Source: an uncultured Chloroflexia bacterium (GTDB lineage Bacteria; Chloroflexota; Dehalococcoidia; UBA2979). From it: DNA of 64,000 nt. Position 1 is the stretch's first letter. The number at the start of each line of letters is the position of its first letter. Below, in pieces: positions 19,938 to 28,838 of the stretch. A program made the position numbers and the translations under genes. The stretch covers positions 1,120,001 through 1,184,000 of the forward strand of contig CAVSIV010000006.1 of NCBI GenBank assembly GCA_963728205.1, in the 5' to 3' direction. The notes beneath the pieces are model-generated. The model saw only the letters and a list, made by a program, of their open reading frames with translations. It was not told the origin of the DNA and did no database searches.

Positions 19938-20963
19938 TCAGCGCACGCTCTCGATGAGGTGCCCCATGAGCGTCGCGACGTAGCGGACGCGCGGGATCGT
20001 GCGCTCGTAGCGCATCCGCGTCGGGCCGAGCACCGCGACCGTGCCGATCGAGCCGGTGGTATCGCCGTAATTCGAGACGACCACGCTCCAGTCGAGCATG
20101 GAGTCGTCCCCGTGCTCGCGCCCGATCAGGACGCGGGTCATGCCGATGTTGTCGACGCGCGACTGCTCCAGCAGGTGCCGCACGCGATAGGCCTCGAGCT
20201 GCTGCACGGCCATCAGCATGCGGTCGACCGTGGAGAACTCGGGCTGCTCCAGGACCTCGCGCAGGCCGTCGAGGAACGTCTCCTCGGTGTAGCGCTGCTC
20301 CTGGATGAGCTCCGCAGCCGCGCGAACGATCATCGCCTCCTCGGCGTCGACGATGTCGGTGCCGATCACGCGCGCGGCGTCGGCGCTGACGCCGGCGAGG
20401 CGCGCGTTGAGACGGATCGCGCGGTCGTTCAGCTGCTGCTGTGTCAGCGGCGCCCGGAGCGGAAGCACGCGCTGGCGCACCCGGCCGTCGTCCATTACCG
20501 CCACCAGCAGCATGGAGTCGCCATGCAGCTCCACGAGCTGCAGGTGCTTGAGGCGCGACGCGGTGGTCTGCGGCCGCGTCACGACGGCGACGTTGCCCAC
20601 AGACGCCGCGAGGATCGTGGCGGCGAGGCTCAGCCACTCGTTGAGCCCGCCGAGCACCTGGTGGAGCTGGTGCTCGATCGTGCGCTGCTCCTCGGGTGCC
20701 ACCGGATCCTCGGCCATCAGCGTCTCGACGTAGTGCCGGTACCCCAGCTCGGACGGCACGCGCCCGGCTGAGGTATGCGGGTGCGTGATGTAGCCGTCTT
20801 CCTCGAGCCGCGCCATCTCGTTGCGAATGGTCGCGCTCGAGACCGAAAGCCGGTGCTTCTCGACGAGCGCGCGCGAAGACACCGGCTCCGCAGAGTCGAT
20901 GTATTCCTGCACGATCAGGCGCAGGATCGCTGCCTGGCGCTCGGTCAGTTCCTGGTCGTTCAT
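19938..20963 (-). CDS. hrcA: Heat-inducible transcription repressor HrcA
   Basis: LTERQ...SSATIRNEM...PHTSAGRVPS; GPTRMRY; CIRCE directly upstream. Confidence 0.97.
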   Translation of the reverse strand: MNDQELTERQAAILRLIVQEYIDSAEPVSSRALVEKHRLSVSSATIRNEMARLEEDGYITHPHTSAGRVPSELGYRHYVETLMAEDPVAPEEQRTIEHQLHQVLGGLNEWLSLAATILAASVGNVAVVTRPQTTASRLKHLQLVELHGDSMLLVAVMDDGRVRQRVLPLRAPLTQQQLNDRAIRLNARLAGVSADAARVIGTDIVDAEEAMIVRAAAELIQEQRYTEETFLDGLREVLEQPEFSTVDRMLMAVQQLEAYRVRHLLEQSRVDNIGMTRVLIGREHGDDSMLDWSVVVSNYGDTTGSIGTVAVLGPTRMRYERTIPRVRYVATLMGHLIESVR

Positions 20964-20976
20964 CGTGTCACATCCG

Positions 20977-21003
20977 TTAGCACTCTCGACGTGAGAGTGC
21001 TAA
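20977..21003. promoter_or_regulatory. CIRCE element (HrcA operator)
   Basis: Perfect TTAGCACTC-N9(tcgacgtga)-GAGTGCTAA. Confidence 0.97.
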
Positions 21004-21014
21004 GTCGTGTCTCG

Positions 21015-21043
21015 ATTGTATTCAGGGGGTCGAGCCGGGTCAA
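21015..21043 (-). promoter_or_regulatory. Housekeeping sigma promoter for the hrcA operon
   Basis: Minus-strand TTGACC-N17-TACAAT just upstream of CIRCE. Confidence 0.8.
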
Positions 21044-21142
21044 TCCATCGGGCAACGAGCGGTGGTCGCGGCCGGCGCGACGAGGGAAGCGGCGCAGGCC
21101 AGGGGAGCGCGCGTATACTCGCACTTCCGCGAGCGGACGAGG

Positions 21143-21742
21143 GTGGCCATCACGGCGGATAACACGTCTCGAAATGGTGACGCGCACGCGTCCGTGCGCC
21201 GCGAGGAGCACCTCGTCCGTCGTGCGCGGCGCGACCGTGGCGCGTTCTCGGCGCTCTACCAGGAGCACGCGGACCGCGTCTATCGCTACCTCCTCTCGCG
21301 CACGTCGAGCCCGGCGGATGCCGAGGAGCTCACGTCGCGCACCTTCCTCAACGCGCTGGCGCACCTCGACCAGTACCACGGCCGCGGCAAGGGTTTCGGC
21401 GCGTGGCTGATGAGCATCGCGCACAACCTGCTCGCGAACTGGTACCGCGACCGGGGCCGGCGCCCGCCCACGGCCGACCTCGACGCCGCCCTCACCGTCC
21501 CCACGGACACCCCCGGTCCGGAGTCGAGCCTCGAGACGAACGAGCTGATCCAGCGGGTACGCCAGGCGGTCAGCACGCTCGCCGAGGACCGCCAGCGCCT
21601 GATCGCGTTGAAGTACGTGGACGGTCTGCCCAACGCCGAGATCGGCCGTATGATGGGCCGCACCGAGGGTGCCGTGAAGGCGCTGCATCATCGCACGCTG
21701 CGCGAGCTCCAGCGCCGACTCGGGGAAGACGACGGCGCCTGA
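21143..21742 (+). CDS. ECF-family RNA polymerase sigma factor
   Basis: Region 2 (FSALYQEH...DAEELTSRTF...WLMSIAHN) and region 4 (AEIGRMMGRTEGAVKALHHR); start uncertain (21062 or GTG 21143; TATACT at 21114-21119 favours the latter). Confidence 0.88.
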   Translation: MAITADNTSRNGDAHASVRREEHLVRRARRDRGAFSALYQEHADRVYRYLLSRTSSPADAEELTSRTFLNALAHLDQYHGRGKGFGAWLMSIAHNLLANWYRDRGRRPPTADLDAALTVPTDTPGPESSLETNELIQRVRQAVSTLAEDRQRLIALKYVDGLPNAEIGRMMGRTEGAVKALHHRTLRELQRRLGEDDGA

Positions 21743-21812
21743 GGGCCGCCAGCCCGGCCGGCGACCGGGTCCGCGGTCCCGGCGCGAGGGCCACGCACGA
21801 GGGGCGAGACGC

Positions 21813-22850
21813 ATGACCCTGCCGGTTCGCATCACCGGCGTCGGGCGCTACCTGCCGGCGCGGACGCTGACGAACGCCGACCTCGAGCGCCTGGTCGACA
21901 CCTCCGACGACTGGATCCTCTCCCGCACGGGCATCCGCGAACGGCACATCGCCGCCGACGACGAGAGCTCGAGCACCATGGGCGCCCGCGCGGCGCTCGA
22001 GGCGCTGCGCTCCGCCAGGGTCGAGCCCGGCGACGTCGACCTGGTGATCGCCGGCACCTGCACGCCCGACGGCATGTTCCCGGCTGCCGCGACGCGCATC
22101 CAGGACGCGATCGGGGCGCCGCGTGCCGCCGCTTTCGACGTCAACGCCGCGTGCAACGGCTTCATGACCAGCCTCAGCACCGCCGCGCAGTTCATCGCGG
22201 CGGGCAGCGCGCAGCGTGCCGTCGTCGTCGGCACGGAGACGATGTCACGCATCGTCGACTGGACGGACCGCGGCACGTGCGTGCTCTTTGGCGACGGCGC
22301 CGGCGCCGTCGTGATCGAGCGCTCGGCGCCGGGTGAGCCCGGCGGCATCGGCGCGCTGCTGCTGCGGTCGGACGGCAGCCAGGCGAACTCGCTCTACGCG
22401 TGCGGCCCGGCCTCCCCGACGGCCGGGCACGCTGCCGCGCAGGCGCACATCGTGATGGACGGACCGGCCGTCTTCCGCTCCGCCGTCACCGCGCTCGCCT
22501 CGACCGCGGCCGACGCGCTCGCCAGCGCGGGCCTCACCGTCGACGACGTCGCGTTGTGCGTGCCGCACCAGGCGAACGCGCGCATCATCCAGGCGATGGC
22601 GAAGAGCCTGGGCCTGCCGCCCGAGCGCGCCTTCGTGAACGTCGATCACACCGGCAACACCTCGAGCGCCAGCATCCCGATCGCGCTCGCCGAGGCGAAC
22701 GAGCGCGGGCTCCTGCACCCGGGCGACCAGGTGCTGCTCGCCGCCTTCGGCGGCGGGCTCTCGTGGGGCGCGATGGTCGTGCAGTGGTCGGGCGTGCGCG
22801 CGGCGCCCCCGGCGCCCACGGCGGTCGAGGCGCACGCGGCGAGCCGCTAG
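21813..22850 (+). CDS. fabH: 3-oxoacyl-ACP synthase III
   Basis: DTSDDWILSRTGIRER; catalytic AAC, PHQAN and GNTSSAS intact; FGGGLSWG. Confidence 0.93.
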   Translation: MTLPVRITGVGRYLPARTLTNADLERLVDTSDDWILSRTGIRERHIAADDESSSTMGARAALEALRSARVEPGDVDLVIAGTCTPDGMFPAAATRIQDAIGAPRAAAFDVNAACNGFMTSLSTAAQFIAAGSAQRAVVVGTETMSRIVDWTDRGTCVLFGDGAGAVVIERSAPGEPGGIGALLLRSDGSQANSLYACGPASPTAGHAAAQAHIVMDGPAVFRSAVTALASTAADALASAGLTVDDVALCVPHQANARIIQAMAKSLGLPPERAFVNVDHTGNTSSASIPIALAEANERGLLHPGDQVLLAAFGGGLSWGAMVVQWSGVRAAPPAPTAVEAHAASR

Positions 22851-22853
22851 CCC

Positions 22854-24191
22854 ATGGTCTCGAGTCCCGACGAGGCACCGCGTCCGCGCGTCGTGATCAC
22901 CGGCGCAGGGGTCGTCTGCGCGCTCGGCCGCACGCCCGCCGCGGTGTGGGACGCGGTCGAGGCCGGCCGCTCCGGCGTCGGCCCGCTCACCCGCTTCGAC
23001 GCCTCGGGCTTCGCGACGCGCATCGCCGCGGAGGTGCCCGACGCGGACGCGCCCGACCGCCGCTTCGACGACGCGTACTGGAACCGGCTCGACCTGCGCT
23101 CGCGCTTCGCCGTGAGCGCAACGCTCGACGCGATGCGCCGCGCGGGCCTCGCGCTCACGCCCGAGAACCGCGCGCAGGTCGCGGTGGTGATGGCGTCGGA
23201 GCGGCCGGACGAGCCGTCGCTGCAGGCAGGCGCCGCGCTGCTGGCCGACGGCGATCTCGTCGGCGCAGCCGCGACACTCGCGGAGACGGCGCGGGCACAC
23301 GCGCCCGCCGAGCGCGTCGCCGCCCTGGTGGGCGCGACGGGGCCGGCGATCCAGGTGGCGAACGGCGGCGCCGGCGGCCTCGACGCGATCATCGAGGCGG
23401 CGGCGCTGATCCGCAGCGGCGAGGCGCTCGTCGCGATCGCCGGCGGGGCGGAGGCGCCGCTCACGCCGCTCACGTTCGCCGCGTACCAGGGCGCGGGGCT
23501 GCTCTCGACGCGCAACGACGATCCCGAGGCGGCCTCGCGGCCGCTGGACGCCGCGCGGGACGGTGTCGTGCTCGGCGAGGGCGCTGCGGTCATCGTGCTC
23601 GAGTTGCTCGAGGTCGCCGTCGCGCGCGGAGCGACGATCCTCGCGGAGATCGAGGGCGAGGGGCGCAGCTTCTCGGCGGGCGCCGGCGGAGAGCCCGGCC
23701 TCGACGCCACCGCGATCGGCCACGCGATCCAGCGCACGCTCATCTCCAGCGGGCGCATCCAGGCCGCGGTCGACGTCCTCGCGCTGCACGCCGACGGCGG
23801 CGTCGCGAGTGATCGCGCGGAGGCGCTCGGCGTGCGTCGCGTGTTCGGCGCCGCGACCCGCCACCACATGTACACGCCGGCGCTGAAGTCCTACACCGGC
23901 CACCTGCTCGGCGCGTCGGGGCCGCTCTCCGTCGTGATCATGCTGGAGGCGCTGCGCCGCCAGCTCATCCCCGGGACGCGCAACCTCGTCGCCGAGGACC
24001 CGGAGGTCGACCTCGATGCGAACCCGCGCGGCGTGCGCGCGGACAACGTGCGTGTCGTCGGCGTGAACGCGATCGGCCGCGCGCACGCCGCCAGCCTGCT
24101 GCTCGCGCACCCGCTCGCGATGCGCGCGCTGCCCGAGGTCGCCGAGCCGGACGTGCTGCCGCCTCCGCCGACGGGCACCGAACTGCCCTAG
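22854..24191 (+). CDS. Beta-ketoacyl synthase II (FabF)-like protein lacking the catalytic Cys
   Basis: RVVITGAG, ASRPLDAARDGVVLGEGA, LKSYTGHLLGASG; VANGGAGG where FabF has xATACxSG. Confidence 0.82.
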   Translation: MVSSPDEAPRPRVVITGAGVVCALGRTPAAVWDAVEAGRSGVGPLTRFDASGFATRIAAEVPDADAPDRRFDDAYWNRLDLRSRFAVSATLDAMRRAGLALTPENRAQVAVVMASERPDEPSLQAGAALLADGDLVGAAATLAETARAHAPAERVAALVGATGPAIQVANGGAGGLDAIIEAAALIRSGEALVAIAGGAEAPLTPLTFAAYQGAGLLSTRNDDPEAASRPLDAARDGVVLGEGAAVIVLELLEVAVARGATILAEIEGEGRSFSAGAGGEPGLDATAIGHAIQRTLISSGRIQAAVDVLALHADGGVASDRAEALGVRRVFGAATRHHMYTPALKSYTGHLLGASGPLSVVIMLEALRRQLIPGTRNLVAEDPEVDLDANPRGVRADNVRVVGVNAIGRAHAASLLLAHPLAMRALPEVAEPDVLPPPPTGTELP

Positions 24192-24294
24192 GGCTCGCTC
24201 GCCGAGCGTTCCCGGTTCGGTTCGCGCTGGTCTCTAGCCGTCCCCCGCCGGTACGATCCGCGCGGATTCTCCCCGCACAACCTTCGGAGGCCCC

Positions 24295-24939
24295 TTGGAC
24301 ATCACCTGGCTCGGCCATGCCGCCATTCGCATGCGCGCACGCGACGCGGCGGTGGTGATGGACCCGACGGACAGGTCGGCGGGCAACGACATGGGCCGGC
24401 CGCCCGGCGAGATCGTGACGATCAGCCACGACCACCCGCACCACAACCACGTCGCCGGCGTGAAAGGCGACGTGATGGTGATCGACGGCCCCGGCGAGTA
24501 CGAGATCAGCGGCATCCACATCGAGGCGCTGCGGTCGTCGCTGCGCCCCGTGGAGGGCGAGGATCCTGCGGCGCTCCGCAGCACGATCTTCATCTTCGAG
24601 ACGGAGGAGCTGCGACTCGCACATGTCGGCGGGCTCGGGGTCGCGCCCACGTCGCAGCTGGCGGAGCATCTCTCCGACCTCGACGTGCTCTTCATCTCGG
24701 TGGACTGCCCCGAGGCTCAGCCGGCCGACCAGGCGGCGCGCACCACGCACGCGCTCGAGCCGCGCATCGTGATTCCGGTGGGCTACGACCCGCCCGCGAG
24801 CGGCACGGCGCCGGCGCTGCAGGCGTTCGTGCAGGCGCTCGGCCTCACGCCCGAAGAGGCGGTCTCGCGGCTGACGCTGAACCGCCGCGCGGTGGGCGGG
24901 GACTCGACCCGCATCCTGCTGCTGGAGTCGCGCGGCTAA
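24295..24939 (+). CDS. Metallo-beta-lactamase-fold protein (Lactamase_B_3-like)
   Basis: ITWLGHA, TISHDHPHH, IDGPGEYEISG, LEPRIVIP; TTG start. Confidence 0.8.
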   Translation: MDITWLGHAAIRMRARDAAVVMDPTDRSAGNDMGRPPGEIVTISHDHPHHNHVAGVKGDVMVIDGPGEYEISGIHIEALRSSLRPVEGEDPAALRSTIFIFETEELRLAHVGGLGVAPTSQLAEHLSDLDVLFISVDCPEAQPADQAARTTHALEPRIVIPVGYDPPASGTAPALQAFVQALGLTPEEAVSRLTLNRRAVGGDSTRILLLESRG

Positions 24940-24973
24940 CGGCCCGGCGGACGACGCGGCGCGCTCATGACGA

Positions 24974-25007
24974 GAACGCCCCGGGGACCGCAGTCCCCGG
25001 GGCGTTC
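24974..25007. terminator. Strong hairpin between convergent genes (probable bidirectional terminator)
   Basis: gaacgccccggggac-cgca-gtccccggggcgttc, 15-bp perfect stem. Confidence 0.75.
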
Positions 25008-25037
25008 GCTCGTCCGGCCCTCTGGCACCGCGGACGG

Positions 25038-26081
25038 TCAGGGTAAGAAGCCGGGACCCATCGGGTTCTGAATCACGCCATTACGCGTGATCTCGAAGTG
25101 GAGGTGCGGTCCGGTCGCGTGGCCGGTCTCGCCGATCGCACCCAGCAGGTCACCGGCGCTGACATGTTGGCCGGGGACGACGTTCATGCTCGAGAAGTGC
25201 GCGTACGTCGTCTCGTAGCCGTCCCCGTGATCGATGATGACGTGGTAGCCGTAGGAACAGCAGGGATTGCCGCCCGCGAACACGACGGTCCCGGCGCGCG
25301 CAGCCACCACCGGCGCGCCCCACGGCGCCCCGACGTCGATGCCGAGCGGGTGGGACGGGCCGAAGTACGAGGTGATGGGGCCGGAGGCCGGCCACACCCA
25401 GCTATCGGTTGCGGCCGGGGCCGCGACTCCCGGGGTGGGCCGCAGCGAGGGGGCCACCGCCGGCAGCTTCTTGCCACCGGGCACCAGGATCAGCGAGTCC
25501 GAGTGCAGGCTGTTCGGGTCGTCCTGGAGGCCGTTGGCGGCGAACTCAACGATGTCGCGCGGGTCGGCACCGTAGCGCGTGGCGATCTCGGAGACGGTCT
25601 CGCCGTACCGCACGGAGTGGATGATGCCCTCCACCGAGGGGATCTGCAGCGTCGTCCCGACGGTGAGCACGTCGCGATCGCTGATGTCGTTGTTGTTCCA
25701 GAGGATGTAGTCGGGCGCGATGTGGTAGCGCGTGGCGATCGCACCGACCGTGTCACCCTCCTGCACCTGGTACTCGAAGAAGATCGGCATGCGCTCTGCG
25801 CGCGCCGCCGTCACGGTGCCGGATCCGTCGGAGACGGTGGCCGCGCGCTGCTGATCCGCGAGCACGGCCACAGACTGAGCGGTGCCGTTCTCCGCGCTGA
25901 CGACCTGGTCCTGCACGGTCGCGGGCGCCGTCACCGTGAGCGGCAGCGGCGATGCGCCAATCTCGCCGGGCGTCGCCGCCGCGCCGGCCGCGCTGGCGAG
26001 GCCGGGAAGGGAGACGGCGCTGGCGAGAAGCGTGGGCTGCGGAGTCGTGCTCGTGACGGTCACCGGGAAGCGGCCGAGCAA
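25038..26081 (-). CDS. LysM x2 + M23 peptidase (true start probably upstream of the called TTG)
   Basis: YQVQEGDTVGAIATRY and HSVRYGETVSEIATRY LysM repeats; HPLGID, YAHF, TGPHLHFE. Confidence 0.9.
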   Translation of the reverse strand: MLGRFPVTVTSTTPQPTLLASAVSLPGLASAAGAAATPGEIGASPLPLTVTAPATVQDQVVSAENGTAQSVAVLADQQRAATVSDGSGTVTAARAERMPIFFEYQVQEGDTVGAIATRYHIAPDYILWNNNDISDRDVLTVGTTLQIPSVEGIIHSVRYGETVSEIATRYGADPRDIVEFAANGLQDDPNSLHSDSLILVPGGKKLPAVAPSLRPTPGVAAPAATDSWVWPASGPITSYFGPSHPLGIDVGAPWGAPVVAARAGTVVFAGGNPCCSYGYHVIIDHGDGYETTYAHFSSMNVVPGQHVSAGDLLGAIGETGHATGPHLHFEITRNGVIQNPMGPGFLP

Positions 26082-26445
26082 AACGATCGAGCAGAGGATG
26101 ACGGCGATGACTCCGAAGTGTGCGAGTGGACGGTGAAGCAGCCGCCCGCCGGTCGCCGGTTGGCGGCGAGCCCGGTCCAGACGTCGGCTGCGACGCGGAC
26201 GTCGAGAGGGTGGGGTAACCGTTCCCTGGATAGAGCGTCCCTGCCTACCAGGCCCCGTGGGACCATCCCCGCCGTGGACGGTGCCCGCGGGGAGCCGACC
26301 CCGCGAACCTTCCAGAATCCTATCATCGGCGCCGGATAGCGTGAGGAGTAGGGAGACTACTTATCCAAAAGACGTACGGATTATCAACATGCGCATACAG
26401 GTTATGCGCATCCCTGGCGGCGACTGTCGGGGGAGAATCGATTGC

Positions 26446-26478
26446 GATCGGGATGATCGCTCACGGATCATCCCGATC
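26446..26478 (-). terminator. Hairpin directly after the rho stop codon
   Basis: gatcgggatgatc-gctcacg-gatcatcccgatc, 13-bp stem, 5 nt beyond the stop. Confidence 0.65.
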
Positions 26479-26483
26479 TCTCG

Positions 26484-27935
26484 CTATATCACCTCGGTCT
26501 TGAGGGTGGAGAGGAATTCGCCGTTCGTCTTGGTCTTGATCAGACGCTCGATCACACGCTCCGTGGCGTCGGAGCCGTCGTCTTCCATCATCGAAGCCAT
26601 GCGGCGGAGCAGCCAGATCTGGCGCAGCTCCTCCTCGCCGAAGAGCAGATCCTCGCGGCGGGTCGACGAGCCGAGGACGTCGATCGCGGGGAAGACGCGC
26701 TTCTCCGCGAGGCGCCGGACGAGCCGGAGTTCCATGTTCCCGGTGCCCTTGAACTCCTCGAAGATGACGTCGTCCATGCGCGACCCGGTCTCGATGAGGC
26801 AGGTGGCGATGATGGTCAGCGAGCCGCCCTCCTCGGTGTTGCGGGCCGAGCCGAAGAAGCGCTTCGGCGGGTAGAGGGCGATCGGGTCCATACCGCCGGA
26901 GAGCGTGCGGCCGCTTGTCGGCATCGCCGTGTTGTAGGCGCGCGACAGGCGGGTGATCGAGTCCATCAGGATCACGACGTCGACGCCGCCCTCGACGAGG
27001 CGCTTGGCCCGCTCGAGCGCGGCCTCGGTCACGCGCGTGTGGTCTTCGACGGGCTCGTCGAAGGTCGACGCGATCACCTCGCCGCGCACGGACCGCTTCA
27101 TGTCCGTGACTTCCTCCGGCCGCTCGCCGATGAGGAGGATCATGAGGTGGATATCGGGGTAGTTCTGAGCGATGCCGTGCGCCATCGACTTCAGCAGCAT
27201 CGTCTTGCCGGCCTTCGGCGGCGAGACGATCAGGCCGCGTTGGCCGCGTCCGACGGGCGCGAACATGTCGACCATGCGCTGCGAGACCTCGGCCTGCGTG
27301 GTCTCGAGGCGGAGCATCTTGTTCGGGAAGATCGGCGTGAGGCTCTCGAAGTCCGGGCGGCGCTTCGCGTCCTCGGGGTCCATGCCGTTGACCGTGTCGA
27401 CGCGGAGGAGGCCGTAGTACTTCTCGGACTCCTTCGGCTGGCGGACCTGGCCGGTGACGTAGTCCCCCGAGCGGAGGCCGAAGCGGCGGATCTGGGACTG
27501 CGAGACGTAGACGTCGTTCGCGCCCGGCAGCAGCCGCTCGCCGCGCAGGAAGCCGAAGCCATCATCGACGATCGTGAGCACGCCACCGGAGTAGATGGTG
27601 CCGTTGCGCTCGGCCTGCCGCTGCAGCACGCGGAAGATCAGCTCCTGCTTGGGCAGCGCGGCGGCGTTGTCAACGACCATCTCGTCGGCGAACTCGATCA
27701 GCTGCTCGCGCGGCCACTGCTCGAGGTCGGAGATGTTGACCGCGGGCACGCTGGGGTCGATGCGCTGCTCTTGCAGCTGCGAGTCGCGCAGCTCGCGGGC
27801 TTCGCGGTCACGGAGATTCCCGTTGCCGCCGCCCCCGCCGCCACTGCTGCGCCCGGGGCGGCGCCCACGGCGACGCGGCTCGCTGGATGCGTCTGCAGGC
27901 ACACCGTCGCGCCCGCGTGGTGAGGTACTCGTCAT
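26484..27935 (-). CDS. rho: Transcription termination factor Rho
   Basis: DGFGFLR, DVYVSQSQIRRFGLR, PPKAGKT, ERPEEVTDM, EEFKGTGNMEL; start probably ATG 27935. Confidence 0.98.
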   Translation of the reverse strand: MTSTSPRGRDGVPADASSEPRRRGRRPGRSSGGGGGGNGNLRDREARELRDSQLQEQRIDPSVPAVNISDLEQWPREQLIEFADEMVVDNAAALPKQELIFRVLQRQAERNGTIYSGGVLTIVDDGFGFLRGERLLPGANDVYVSQSQIRRFGLRSGDYVTGQVRQPKESEKYYGLLRVDTVNGMDPEDAKRRPDFESLTPIFPNKMLRLETTQAEVSQRMVDMFAPVGRGQRGLIVSPPKAGKTMLLKSMAHGIAQNYPDIHLMILLIGERPEEVTDMKRSVRGEVIASTFDEPVEDHTRVTEAALERAKRLVEGGVDVVILMDSITRLSRAYNTAMPTSGRTLSGGMDPIALYPPKRFFGSARNTEEGGSLTIIATCLIETGSRMDDVIFEEFKGTGNMELRLVRRLAEKRVFPAIDVLGSSTRREDLLFGEEELRQIWLLRRMASMMEDDGSDATERVIERLIKTKTNGEFLSTLKTEVI

Positions 27936-28006
27936 GAGATAGGTAAAACCTTGCGCCTGTGGAGGCTGTGAAGGGTGTGCCATCGGATGGTGGCCCACTC
28001 ATGCTA

Positions 28007-28046
28007 GCGAATCTGGCCCCTTGCGCACAAGGGGGCGCAGATTCGC
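28007..28046. promoter_or_regulatory. Long imperfect inverted repeat between fsa/tal and rho (terminator or operator)
   Basis: gcgaatctg-g-ccccttg-cgca-caagggg-gc-g-cagattcgc; overlaps a possible minus-strand TTGTGC-N18-TAGCAT promoter. Confidence 0.5.
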
Positions 28047-28105
28047 GGCGAAGCCGGCACGCCGCCCCCTGCACGCGCGCCCGCCCGCACTGATCTTCGA
28101 CCTCG

Positions 28106-28753
28106 TTACACGGGGGAGTACTTCTTCGCGTCGGCAAGAAAGCGCTCGATGCCGACATCCGTCAGCGGATGATGGACCATCTGGAACAGCACCGACGCGG
28201 GGACGGTCGCGATGTGCGAGCCGGCCAGCGCTGCCTCCGTGACGTCGCGCGTGCCGCGGATGCTCGCCGCCAGCACCTGGGTCGGGAGGTGGTAGGCCTC
28301 GAAGATCGTCACGATCTCGCGGATCACCTCCATGCCGTCGTGCCCCGCGTCCTGCAGGCGGCCGATGAACGGCGAGACGAACGTCGCCCCCGCCGTGGCC
28401 GCGAGCAGCGCCTGGTTCGCGGAGAAGATCAGCGTCGTGTTCACGCGGATGCCCTCGGCGCTGACGCGCTTGATCGCCTGGAGCCCGACCTCGCTCATCG
28501 CGATCTTCACGACGACGTTCGGGTGCCACGACGCGATGCGACGCGCCTCCTCAACGAGCGCGTCGATCTCGGTCGAGATGCACTCCGCGGAGATCGGCCC
28601 GTCCACGACGTCGCAGATCTCGAGCACGCGGTCGCGATACGGCACGCCCTCCTTCGCCACGAGGCTGGGGTTGGTGGTGACGCCGTCGACGACGCCCATC
28701 GCGGCGCCACGCCGGATGTCGTCGATGTTGGCGGTGTCGAGGAACAGTCGCAT
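28106..28753 (-). CDS. tal: Transaldolase / fructose-6-phosphate aldolase (short TalC/FSA type)
   Basis: FLDTAN, GVTTNPSL, VVKI Schiff-base Lys, NTTLIFS, SPFIGRL, AASIR. Confidence 0.9.
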   Translation of the reverse strand: MRLFLDTANIDDIRRGAAMGVVDGVTTNPSLVAKEGVPYRDRVLEICDVVDGPISAECISTEIDALVEEARRIASWHPNVVVKIAMSEVGLQAIKRVSAEGIRVNTTLIFSANQALLAATAGATFVSPFIGRLQDAGHDGMEVIREIVTIFEAYHLPTQVLAASIRGTRDVTEAALAGSHIATVPASVLFQMVHHPLTDVGIERFLADAKKYSPV

Positions 28754-28838
28754 CGCGTCCTCCTCCGTCTGCGATGGCGCCGGGGGTCCGGCTCGAATCA
28801 GGGTGTGCCGCGGCGGGCGATCCGCAGCCCGGCGCGCG

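Noticed and set aside
26200-26340. Possible c-di-AMP (ydaO) riboswitch before the LysM-M23 gene
   Set aside because: The context fits, but the conserved ydaO sequence blocks were not found; only short hairpins are present.
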